Shown here piece after piece: positions 1 to 11,505 of a stretch of DNA of 64,000 bases; the first letter of the stretch is position 1; each line of letters begins with the position of its first letter. A program made the translations under genes and the position numbers. Source of the stretch: Chrysomallon squamiferum (taxonomy: Eukaryota > Animalia > Mollusca). Under the pieces are notes generated by a model. The model did no database searches. It worked only from the letters and a program-made list of their open reading frames with translations, and had not been told where the DNA came from. The stretch lies in contig CM022672.1 in assembly GCA_012295275.1 (NCBI GenBank), positions 11,222,001 to 11,286,000 of the forward strand. The letters are read 5' to 3'.

Positions 1-2031
1 ATGATCTCGTAGTGGCATTGGATTCTGTGCAACATATTTCATCACAGAAGATTCTGGTTTCATTACCGCATTAAAGTTCAAAGCCGAATTAATTGTCATA
101 CGTGTTGAAATACATTCCTCTACCGGTTCATTTATAGACACTTCAGTTATACAATTCTGGAGCTCTTCTGGAGTCAGGATCTTACCATGACTCTTTATGT
201 GTGTCCTCATATTATCTGCTCTGGTTCCTGTCTTTCCACAAAACTTACAGACGAACTGGCGTGCTGGAGCATGGATAGTTCTGACGTGTTTGCTTAAACC
301 ACCTTTATCTGGAAAACAGCTTCCACAAGTATGGCATACAAAGGTCCTTTCAGGATTATGGCGTTTTTCGTGAGCTTTGCAACAGTTTTTAGTTTTGAAT
401 GTTTTCGAACAAATGCGACACTGAAATGGAGTGTCACTTTTGTGAGTGTACTGGTGAGTATATAATGAGGACATACATTTGAACGTCTTTCCACAAAGTT
501 TACAAGAAAAAGGACGGGCATCCATATGGACGAAAACGTGAGCATCTAAATTACTCTTGAACATGAACTGGCGGCCACAAATGTCACACATAAATCGATT
601 GACATCATCAGTATGACGACGTCGATGCACGTTTCTTAAATGCTCGGACTTATAGTATTTCAAACATATATCACACTGGTAGTTCTTTTCAGAAACATGA
701 AATGATTCTTCATGTGCTTTGAGTGCTTGGCGAGTCACAAACCCTTTGTTGCACATTGAACATTTATGTGGTCTTTCGTTCATATGTATCATCATGTGCG
801 TTTTTAAGCTGTTGTTGTAATTAAATTCCTTGCCACAGCAGCTGCATGCAAATTTTCGCTTCTCCCCACAGTGATGGATAGCTTGTTTGTGAGCTTTCAA
901 ATGAGTGCCTGTTAGATATGACTTGTCACAGAGGTCACACTGGTAAGGTCGCTCGCCCCGATGTTTTCGCATATGTAATTTATAACTGTGATGGAAGTTG
1001 AAGAACTGACCACATTCTTCACATGAATACGGTTTGACTTTACTGTGCAGACCTCTTTGATGATGAGATAAAGAATCAATGGAAGAAAAGTTTTTCCCGC
1101 ACTGGTCACACTGAAACTTTGACCAGTGACGATTTGTATGACGTCTGAAGGCTCTTTTAGTTTCAAAGGTTTTGTTGCACAGCAAGCAAGCTAAATTAGT
1201 TATGTCAACTGATGATTCTAATTGTCTACATTTCTCTTTAACTTCGATGCTTTCTTCCTTAGTTTGATGTACAGGTCTTTCAATTTGGCTTTTGTCCTAT
1301 TCAACTGTTTCATTTTGATTTTCAATGCTAATTTCGCTACTGTCCTTCGACCTTTATTAGAAACTGTCCTATTTCTCTGCGATTCTTTTCGAATTCGAGT
1401 AGACCTCCTGTTTTTCGTTGGTGTTTTACAACCACCATCACTTTCAGATTTTCTTTTCTGTTTTCTTTTAGTAGTTGTCTGTGAATCATCACTTTCCTCA
1501 CCTGTTAAATCTGGTTGATAATCATCATCTGATATATGTTCATTCTTTATCTTCTTACTCTTCTGAAAGTTAGAAGCGTCGCCATAGCTACTGTCATCAC
1601 TGTCGATTCCATTACTATCATTCTCATTTGAAACCACTCGAACAACCTGGTAATGCATACTGTTATCAGTTCGGTTTGATTGAGCAGCTGCATTACTGTT
1701 ATCTCCTTTTACAGTCTTTTTCAGAGGTATGATTGAGGCTGTAGGCAGACCATTTTGAGATTCTGTACTATCTTCATCTTTTACTTTCGTAATATCATCT
1801 GAATGAACGTTTGGTGAGGCATTAACTTCTTTACCGAATGATGTTTCTACTGATATTTGCATGGTGGTAGCAGGATTCTGCTTGATGTGATTTTCTGCAA
1901 TAAATGAAGGAAATGTTCTTATTATAGAAGTCTGAAAGACAGTAACGAAGAAAAAAATAATAACACCATAAATATTAAAAATATATATTATAAAATACTT
2001 TTTTATGCTTTGGACATAGCAAACATTTTAT

Positions 2032-2067
<36 letters not shown>

Positions 2068-5000
2068 TATTATTATCATCATCCAGTGTATGGTAGTATG
2101 GAATAACATCTATTGATTTCCATAAAGTGTTAATTGTAATTAATAATGTGAAAAAATAGCTTCAAAAAATAAACAAAATGGAATTTACCCAAAACACTTT
2201 TTATTATTTCCAAATCAGTTGTCATTATCAAGGTTCAGAACAATTCATATGAAAAATGCGTAGGAAAAAGTATCCAAATTATTGTACTTGTTGATCAAGT
2301 GATATATGAATAAAAAGAAAATGTAGGAAAGGTATCATTAATCTGAAATAGAGAAAATAATATTAAAAAAAAAAAAAAACATCATGATTAATTTTCAAAG
2401 TTTCTACAACTGAATCCAAATCCATTAAATGTAAAACTTTGTAAAATCTGTAACTCTTTTCTTTCGTTTGTTTTGCATCTTAAATCATATCTGTTCTGGT
2501 TATTGTATTTTATTAATATAAAACTGGTGCACTGAGGATAACGGTGGAAAATACCTTTATAACTTAAAAGGAAAAGAAAAAATGGCGGAACTGATTTTAG
2601 GTTTGGTGCCGTTTGTTTTGGATTTCTTAGATTTAGATGTTGAAGAATTAATAAAATCAGGATTTTTGTCAGACGAAACTTTTGATGAAGCTACCCTCGC
2701 TGTTATTATGCACTATGCAAAAGAACACCGGAAAAGGGCTTCAGTTCCTGTTGTCGAATGGGTTCCTACGGTAAGTCCCAAATTCGCAACTTGAAGTTCG
2801 TGTAACTTACAGAGTTACTCCTGAAATAAACTGTTTTTATTTTATGTACAGCCACAGTGATAAACATGAAAAGAAAGCCAGATTGACCTGACTTGATATT
2901 TATTTAATTAATATTCAGCCCTCGAGGCATAGTTCTAGACTAAAGAACAACTGTGACTGCCATTAGATGATCATTAAAAAATTATATAACTTGTAAGCGA
3001 ACAACTATTGTCCAAAAAAGAAAGAAAGAAAAAAAAGATCTTTTGGGTTAGAATTTGAATAGAAATTTATTAACCTTTGTATATTATTCAGTTAAATAAA
3101 TTAATATTTTCATTTTTTTTTTTCTTTGTCATCCGGTGTGTGGATGCATGCAATAATAATTACTGATTTCTTAAGTATTGATTATATATTTTTACAAGTG
3201 AATAACTCAATAAGCATTATTTAATATTGTATTTGTATGTGAACCTTCTTAACATTTTCTTAATATGTAGTTTAGTTTAATAGGGGAAAAATATATTATA
3301 TATACTAGAACACAAAGTGAAGTATTATATATTTAATTATAATTGTTTTCTTTGACTTTTTAAAATTTAATGCAGGCACAGCAGCCTCCACCCAAAAGAG
3401 TTCGACGAAAGGAACCAGTACCTGACAAGTTTCTAGTTATTGCCCCCAGAGCTCGAAATGAACCAACTGATGAAGAATTTCGTTTAACATACAGAATGAC
3501 TCGCACTTTGTTTGAAGACCTACTAAAAATGTTAGGAGAACTCACAGATATGCAGATGAAAAGGAAGTATGTTGGAGGCAAGCATGAAATACCTGTTGAC
3601 TTAGCACTGTTAATGTCTTTGGAGTATTTAGGAAGCAGAAAAACAGTCAAAGACTTAGCTGTAAAATATGATGTTAGCACTTCATCTTCAATAGGCTGTT
3701 TCAAGAGATGTTTACCTGGGCTCTACCAACTGGTTAAACATCTAATCAAGTGGCCAGATAAAAATGGCATAGCATCAACCATGTTGGAATTTTCCCAGAC
3801 CTATGGACTTCCAGGACTTATTGGCGTCATTGATGTGGCCCACGTAAGAGTGAAAGCTTCTCAGTGTCATCATGATTACTACATGAATCCAAGTGGGGTA
3901 CTTTCAGTTGTGCTGCAAGCAGTTTGCAATCATAAGTTTCAGTTTCTTCACTGCTGTACAGGGTGGCCAGGTTCTGTTGATGATTTCAGTGTCCTCAATG
4001 ATTCTGATCTATATCAGGATGTCCAAAAAAACCAAGATGACTTTTTCCCAAATGGTAGCTTTGTGGTTGGTGATTCATCATATCCGCTATTTGACTGGCT
4101 TTTAACTCCAATCACTGACACTGAAGCTCTTTCTGGAGCCCAACAGACCTATAATTACACTCACAGTCTTGCTAGAAAATTATCGTTGAGAACGTTTACC
4201 CATCTCAGATCCAGATTTCCAAGACTGAAATATGTTGATTTACATGACATGGAAGAAATTGTTAAAGTTATACTTGTTTGTTGTGCACTTCACAACTTCT
4301 GTCATTCTAGAGGTGATACAGAACTGTTTGTGACTGAAGATGGAGAGCATGAAGAACTTAATTCAGGACCTTCCACTCATGCCACAGTTGAAGGTTTTCT
4401 CAAAAGACAGAATGTTGTTGAAATAATGCAGCAGACAATGACAAATACAGTATAAATAACATCTCAATTACTGATTTTATGAAATAAACTTATTTTTATA
4501 CTGACATCTGTCTCAAATTGTCATGGGAATTAACTTTGTTGTACCATTTTTTCAAATTTATTTATTTATTTCGTTTTTAAATAACAAAATAAATCTGTTA
4601 ATTTATACAAAGCATCCCCCCCCAAAAAAAAATACAGAAAAAACCCAACCAAATACCGACAATAAATCAACCTGTTTTAATTGTTAAAATTAATACCTAT
4701 TTTGTATAATCCTTCAAACGGAATTTAAAAGTCTTGGCTAACAGCAATACTAATATTAATAATAATATTACATTATTAGAACTATTAACTCTTTTTGTAG
4801 TCTTGTAAATGATACTATAGCAATGCTAGAAATAAGAAAATAATACGTGAAGAAAATATATTATAGTTAAGTTTGTTCATTCCAGATTTTGGATTAAAAA
4901 AAATGTAGTATTATAGCATTTTCTTCAAATCATTCTTGCTTCTAGATCAGATAAAAATACAAAATGTTTTAAAAGTTGTAGCAGATATGATATGACTTGT

Positions 5001-6559
5001 TCATTTTGATTAATATCTGGGGCTTCTTCAAACCAAAGGAACATGCAAACCAAAATGGAAGGTGTTTGTTAATTTTCATCTTGCAGTAAAAACTTCTTGA
5101 GGAATACTAGCACATATTCTGCGTAATGACCTTTGAAGAAGAATGTTAACTGCTGTTATAAATTAATGTAATAACAATAATAGCTGAACATCTAATATAG
5201 GAAATAATTACCATCTGACTCAGGAACTGGATGACAAGGTGCATATTTTCTCATCAGTTCTAGCTGTCCTAATGAGGTTACATGATCAAACAATTGTCGA
5301 TCATTAGCCTGTGCAGAAGAACTTGTAGGCATTACTGAAGTTGACACATTGGCTTGTACATGGCACTCTGATATTTTGGAACATGCTTCCATATCTTTTT
5401 TTTTGTTACATTCATTTACATGTATTATTACTGTCTGTTTCTCATCACAGTTGCAAGTGAGCGACAAAACACCTTTAAGGTCCAGGGTGTGTATGTCGCT
5501 TGTTTCTTGATATATGTGATGGGCTTCTTTGATGAAATGTTCTTGTATCATTTCATTTAGATGATCAGCTGAAACCTGAACAACAGACTGTACCTGTAAT
5601 TCCTTGTTTGTCTGATAGTTTCTGAAATGTATAAATTACTAATATTAACTGTAAAATAATTTATGTACAGGAATAAATTTAGATTAAAAACAAAAGACTG
5701 CTAATATGCCAACTCATGACAGATGGGAAAAAAAAAAAAAAAAATGTAAAAGGGATTGTAAAGGCTAAAATAATTATTGTAAAATTCAGGTACGAATTGC
5801 CAGTTTTAACAACCTGTTATGTGTGTAACAGAAGAAATAAGTATTAATATGTGTATGTGCTATCTCTTGTATCTTAAAAAGATGATATCATTTCTATGCT
5901 TTTTATTATTATTTTTTATTGTTGGGGGGGGTTGGGTAAAAGTAATTAGTTTCTTGATTTTTTAAAGCCAGTGTTAATAAAGATATATTACAAATTTATT
6001 ATTAATGTAATAATAAATGTCACATTTATCAATAAATTTTATGTATGTGTGCTGTTGGTAATATTTAATAATATACGCTTGTTTTGTTTTAAATAAATAT
6101 GCTGAGTAACTGAGTATGGAAACGAACATACCCGTTACAGATAAAACAACAAGAGTTATCGCCGACGGTTATCTCCGAGTTTTATAGGAAGTCCCCGTTT
6201 TAAAAATAAAGCTGGCTGGAAATATTAATATTAATAATCTTCATGGGAAAAAAAATCGTTTTACATAAAATAGTGGTTAATAAGCCAATAATATGTTATG
6301 ACATAAAAATTCAAAGCAATAAAAAGAATTACCGGAATGTCGTAATTTCAAGGCCACGACAAAACAGATCGTGGCTTTTCATGGTTATTGATCGTTCGCT
6401 ATAAATTCATTGCGATAAGATATTTGATTTTTTTTTTTTATGATTATACAGTTGGAATAGAACAAATATAAATTATAACCTTTTATTATTTTTGATTAAA
6501 TGTCATCCTTGCACAATAATGACTTTGTTCTGGCCTAAAACTTACCTTTCAGACGCCAT
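1..6559 (-). CDS. C2H2 zinc-finger protein, 12 tandem fingers, 3' end outside window; exons complement(6546..6559, 5212..5621, <1..1894); apparent 1-nt frameshift near 1231-1233
   Basis: Manual translation of the minus frame open from 1296 to the window start gives 12 CxxC...HxxxH fingers (e.g. YSCEECGQFFNFHHSYKLHMRKHRGERPYQCDLC). Splice phases agree: ATGGCGTCTGAAAG|gtaag (phase 2) joins ttcag|AAAC at 5621, and GATG|gtaat at 5212 (phase 1) joins ttgcag|AAAATC at 1894. ORF-track entries 5192..5551 and 1218..1862 are parts of these exons. Confidence 0.9.
2582..4455 (+). CDS. PIF/Harbinger transposase-derived (HARBI1-like, DDE_Tnp_4-type) protein, about 422 aa, join(2582..2770, 3376..4455); probably catalytically inactive and domesticated
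   Basis: Harbinger motifs FRLTYRMTRTLFEDL, an HTH-like segment (LALLMSLEYLGSRKTVKDLAVKYDVS), GVIDVAHV, LQAVCN, GWPGSVDD, VGDSSYPL, WLLTP and CCALHNFC. Exon 1 starts AAAATGGCGG and ends ACG|gtaagt (phase 0); acceptor tgcag|GCA at 3376 is in frame. Orthology to vertebrate HARBI1 is not established, so no symbol is given. Confidence 0.9.
4483..4488 (+). terminator. Candidate polyadenylation signal of the Harbinger-derived gene
   Basis: AATAAA about 28 nt after the stop codon, followed by T-rich sequence; the hexamer is common by chance in AT-rich DNA. Confidence 0.4.
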
Positions 6560-6843
6560 TGTGAGAGGGCGCTATCTGCGTAAAAACACTTTGGCTTGGC
6601 CTAGTTTATAATCTACTCATGAATATTCAAATTTTTATATTATTATTTTATTATTAATATAATTTTTTTTTATTATTTTTTTTTTCTTCGGGATCTAGAT
6701 ATCCTCAGAAATAGTTAATATTTTGTCACACGTGAATATCTTTTAATTATTTCTGTCTGATAGTGAAATACATGTAATATTTAATACTTACAGTTTGTAT
6801 TTCTATTTTTCTTCTTTCCACCATTTTTTAAAAATTATTATTA

Positions 6844-6895
<52 letters not shown>

Positions 6896-8399
6896 ACTAT
6901 ATCACAGTTGCAGTTTAAATGTAGATCTACAAGGGCATAATAGTTCGTCGGATCTTCTATACTCTGAAAGCAAAATCTTTCATTTAATTATAATTATTAA
7001 TTACAATACATAAGTCAGAGGGAGGGGGAACATTGTTATACCTAAAGGACCATTCCATGTTTTTCTTTTGAAAGTTTTCATCAAGACGAGCACTAACTGC
7101 GCGCACACACATAGACACTTTATTAGCAGAAGGAATATTGAAATTACCTTTTACCTTGTACTGCTACTTTATGCAGCAAAATCATTTAACGTCATGTTGT
7201 TAATCTTTAAAGTAATTTGTTAGCATGTATAAGGTATTATGCTAATACATATAGAATACCTTTGTAATAATTTGTGACTGGTTAATTTTATTAAAACGTG
7301 TTTGAATTTTTCCTTCATTGTTTTATTAACAAGAATGGTGAGAAAACATATGATGAGAAAGTGGATTATATTATAATTATTATCGCCAAACTTATCGTAA
7401 CTTGAAACTGTTTAACAGTAAAGGAAATGTAAATAATAAAATTATCAGTAATTCAGAGAAAGATGGTTCGGCTCTACGTGCAATTTAATTAAAACCTTTG
7501 ATCATATCAGCTATGTTTGAAATAAAAGAACTGCGGACTTATAACTGTTAATGTAAGTTTTAAATACTAATAAATGACTTTCTGCACAGATTAGTCACTA
7601 ATTTTTTGTTCCCGACATTGAAACGTATTTCATAAACCTGTGTTGTGATAGAAACATCTTATTATTAACATTATAATACAAATTATTTTCTATATTTGTC
7701 GGGTACCATCAATAAGCAAGTTGCTGCCCTTTTTCGCAACGTTTGGGTTGTCAAGATAAACAACAGAAATTACTGACGTTTGGCTTCAGTCGAGGGTCAG
7801 TCTATTTTATTATAGATCCGGTATTTCTTTGATGTGGTGAAATAATGTAACTACATTTTAGGTAAAATATAGATATCTTAGTTCGCGATAGCATATTTGT
7901 TTACAGGTCACAGGTAAAACATTAATATCTGGTGAAAACAAAATTAAATTCATCACTATACTAAGCACAATTTATTACGATGATTATCAGCAGAAGGCTT
8001 TAAAAAGTCGGAGTAAATCAGTAAATTCAGCAATGATTGTCATTATTTTTGATCGTTTTAATGTTTATTACATTATATTCAGTGTATAGCAATTAATTTC
8101 AGTTTACATGTAAATATTGTGCAATCCGATAATAAAAATTAAAATACAGGTCAGCTGAAATCTGATGTTTTTTTATTGGTAAATGCAACTAAACATGGTC
8201 AAATAAAGTTTTGGGGTGGCGGGGGCGGTTTGGAATGAGGAAAGAATAATTGCTTTTATCAGAAAAATGGAACTTTAGCCAGATTTCTTAAATTGCTCGT
8301 AGTCCATTTAATAAATAAACAAACAAATATTACTACTACTACTACTACTTATTATTATTATTATTTAAATTTATTGATTTATTTGTTTTTATTTTCCAG
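6560..8399. promoter_or_regulatory. Divergent (head-to-head) region between the zinc-finger gene and TEP1, probably containing both promoters and a non-coding TEP1 first exon
   Basis: Zinc-finger ATG at 6559 (-). The TEP1 ATG exon is preceded by an acceptor (ttttccag at 8399), implying an upstream UTR exon. CpG dinucleotides are visibly more frequent here than in introns; candidate donors at about 7862 and 7914. Confidence 0.5.
6838..6891. repeat. (TTA)n microsatellite
   Basis: Direct reading of the sequence. Confidence 0.9.
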
Positions 8400-8443
8400 T
8401 GTTGACAAGGGTTGATAAAGTTAAATATTAAATATTTGCCATC

Positions 8444-11400
8444 ATGACTGAAAAAGGTAATCTGTCAGTGACATCAAACTCATTGTTGGAAAAATGGTCA
8501 TTGCAGACAGGAACAATGAGTACAGGTGAATGCATTTGAATTATTTAATTTTGTTTCAGAAAGAAAAAAATTCAAAACTAAATAAAAAGTAATAGATTTT
8601 TTTTTCTCTTTCAAAAATGCACACTTGCTTTGTTTAATTTTATTTATTAATTGCATTCAAATTTTTTTTTTTTTTTTTTTTTTAATCATAGATTAACTAT
8701 ATCAGTAAAAAAAAAAAAGTTTAGTTACATGTATTATGATAAAATAATATAGAAATTGTCATTACTGTTATTTTCTAAAATTAATGATAGATGATTATAT
8801 TGAAAAATGAATTGTTTTAAATTTTTATTTTAAAAAGAAATAAATGATTTGTTTTGTGAAACATTTGTTTTGAGTATAAATTACAATAATAAATTTTGTT
8901 TTTATTATTTAATGCCATCTGATTTATTTTATATGATATTTTATATCATAAATGATATTGCAAAGCAGTTACATTTTGCTGTGACTTTTCATTTACTAAT
9001 ATTTATTTTATTTTTGTTTTTCCTTTTATTTATTAACTTTTTTGCTTTGTTTTTGTTTTTGTAATTATAGGTTTAACAACACATTTACAAACAGGATTAA
9101 CAACAAAATTAACAACAGGTTTTACAACAAGCTCTTTAAGTTCATCACTTTTAGGAGGTACTGGTAAAAAAACTAATGACAAAAAGAGGAAAGGAACTCT
9201 GCATTCAGTGTTAGAAATAAAGAAAACTAAAGTTTCAAGTGCACTGGATGTGAATATTGTTTCTCAGAAATTTGGAACATCGCTGAGTTTGTTATCTGGG
9301 AATTTACTGAACACAAACTTGCACACCAGTTTAAAATTATCTTCAACACCACTGTCTTCAAACTTGTCTCTCAAATCATCTTTGTTATCTTCATCATCAT
9401 TGTCCAAAAAATCACAGCATGTTGTTGGCTATAAATCCAGTTTCTTAACAGACAGCAGTAGCAGCAGCTCCATTTTGGAAAAAATTGATGACAAAGGTGT
9501 TATAAAAAGACATTCAGAATTGAGCCATAAACTGCTAAAAACAGCAAAAACAAAAAAAGAAACATGTCCCAAGAAGCAAAAACTGCAAAAAATAAAGTTG
9601 TCATATAAAGCTTTTGAAATTCCAATTCCTAAATACAGTCTACAGCATGAGTTCAAGAAAGAGACTGGTTTGGAAGTTGAGCCTTTTCTGGCACCAGACA
9701 AAGACTTTACTGTCAGCAGACGTCTCATGAAACCATTACATGATATTAATGGAATGAAGGTTAGTATGAAAAAAAAAATGTTTAAATCTTGAAATTGCTG
9801 TTATTTTGAGAAAGATAAAATAAATAGGATAGCTAAGTGTTTAAGACTAATTTGTTTTAAAGAGATAAAGTTATTGTGGGGCAACAGATATAAAAGTTTT
9901 GATGAATAGCACAGCTTAATTATTTAATTAATCATTTTAGATGTTTTAAACTGAAGAATTAAACATCATAAATACTTGAGCATTCTCAGATGTATTTTTA
10001 TTTTGTTTTATCTTTATTTAAACATAAATAAATGAATAATTTAATGAATAAAAATTTTAACCGAAAAATGACTATTTTTTGAATTTGTATATAAAAATAA
10101 AAAAAGATTTAAATAAAGTTGTGAATTTTAATTACATTACCTGTTACCATTTTCTTTTTAAATTATAGCTTGCCTTAATTAATGCAGTCAGTGCATCACT
10201 CATTTGTCAACCAGACTTTAAGAATGCCAAAGATTCTGCAAGAATTGGTCTTATATCTCTGTCAGAAAATGTAGCTCTGTATGATTCTGAGTTCCTCTTG
10301 AAGGTTTGTTTGCTTTGTTAGCTAAAATTACATCACTCACTGTCCCAGAACAGTCTTTAAAAATAAATACTGTCATACAGAACAGGTACATTTGTAAAAT
10401 GATACACATATTTGTTCCATAATGGTCTTTCAAAATAAGTAGTCATACAAAATAGATGGCTTTGTCTTTGCAGACATTCAAAGTGGTAAGAATTAAAAAA
10501 AAAGAAAAAAAGATTCTCCAAATGGTCATTGAGTCAATAACATATTTAACTACTGTTGATTCCAGTCATTATTTTTATTTATAAGCACACTGATATTTTG
10601 TTATTTCTCCAAACTGTCATCAGGTCAAACAAATATTAAACTGCTGTTGATATCAATAATTATTTTTGATGATGTGCACACTGATTTGTTTTGATAATTT
10701 TTTCCTAATTGTCACCAAGTCAAAAAACAAAATTTAACTTTTGTTGAACTAAATAATTATTTTTGATAATATGCACACTGGTTATATAATCTTAATACTC
10801 AGTAGATGAGCAAATTACTAAGAACCTGCACTGATTCCACCTTACTTGGCATCAAATAAACTGTATTTTCATGGTTAATTATTAATATATCTTCCAATGA
10901 AAATGAACTTTATTTGGGGTAAACAAAATTAATGTTGTTGTTTGACCAAAAAGGTGGCATTTTTAAACAATGACATAAAATAATTCCATTTGAAAATAAA
11001 GCCGAACTTTTCATTTTTAATCTATAATTCAAGTCTTATTGGACATAATGTAGTATTTGCTTTTTTGATTTAAAGACTTTGTGTGATGTGATGAAGAAAT
11101 ATTATATTTTTTTTACTTCACAAAATTACTGGAGTTTTTTTAAATTCTTTTTACCATACTTTATTAATTATAAAATTGGTAATTATGTAATGTGACATAG
11201 TTTAATATCACTGATTAAAAATAATAAAAATAATAATAACATTATATTCTTCAAAAAATATTTAGGTGGCTTTGTACACTAGAAAGCAGCTGAACATTCG
11301 AACTACAGCTAATTTCATTCTTGCTTTGGCTGCCAATATGGTTCAGTGTCGACCTTACTTGAAGAAATATTTTTCTGTTTCTGTCAGTCTTCCTTCTGAC

Positions 11401-11452
11401 TGGATTGAAGTTGCTGAAATCTACCAGGTTTGAATAATAAAAAAAGTATATA

Positions 11453-11505
<53 letters not shown>

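Noticed and set aside
294-1518. ORF-track entries 294..545, 912..1166 and 1222..1518
   Set aside because: Off-frame or antisense shadows of the zinc-finger exon; the true frame is missing from the track because it runs off the window.
1895-5211. Active autonomous Harbinger transposon
   Set aside because: No TIRs, TAA/TTA duplication or Myb/SANT ORF could be seen, and the catalytic Glu is absent. A formal inverted-repeat search was not possible.
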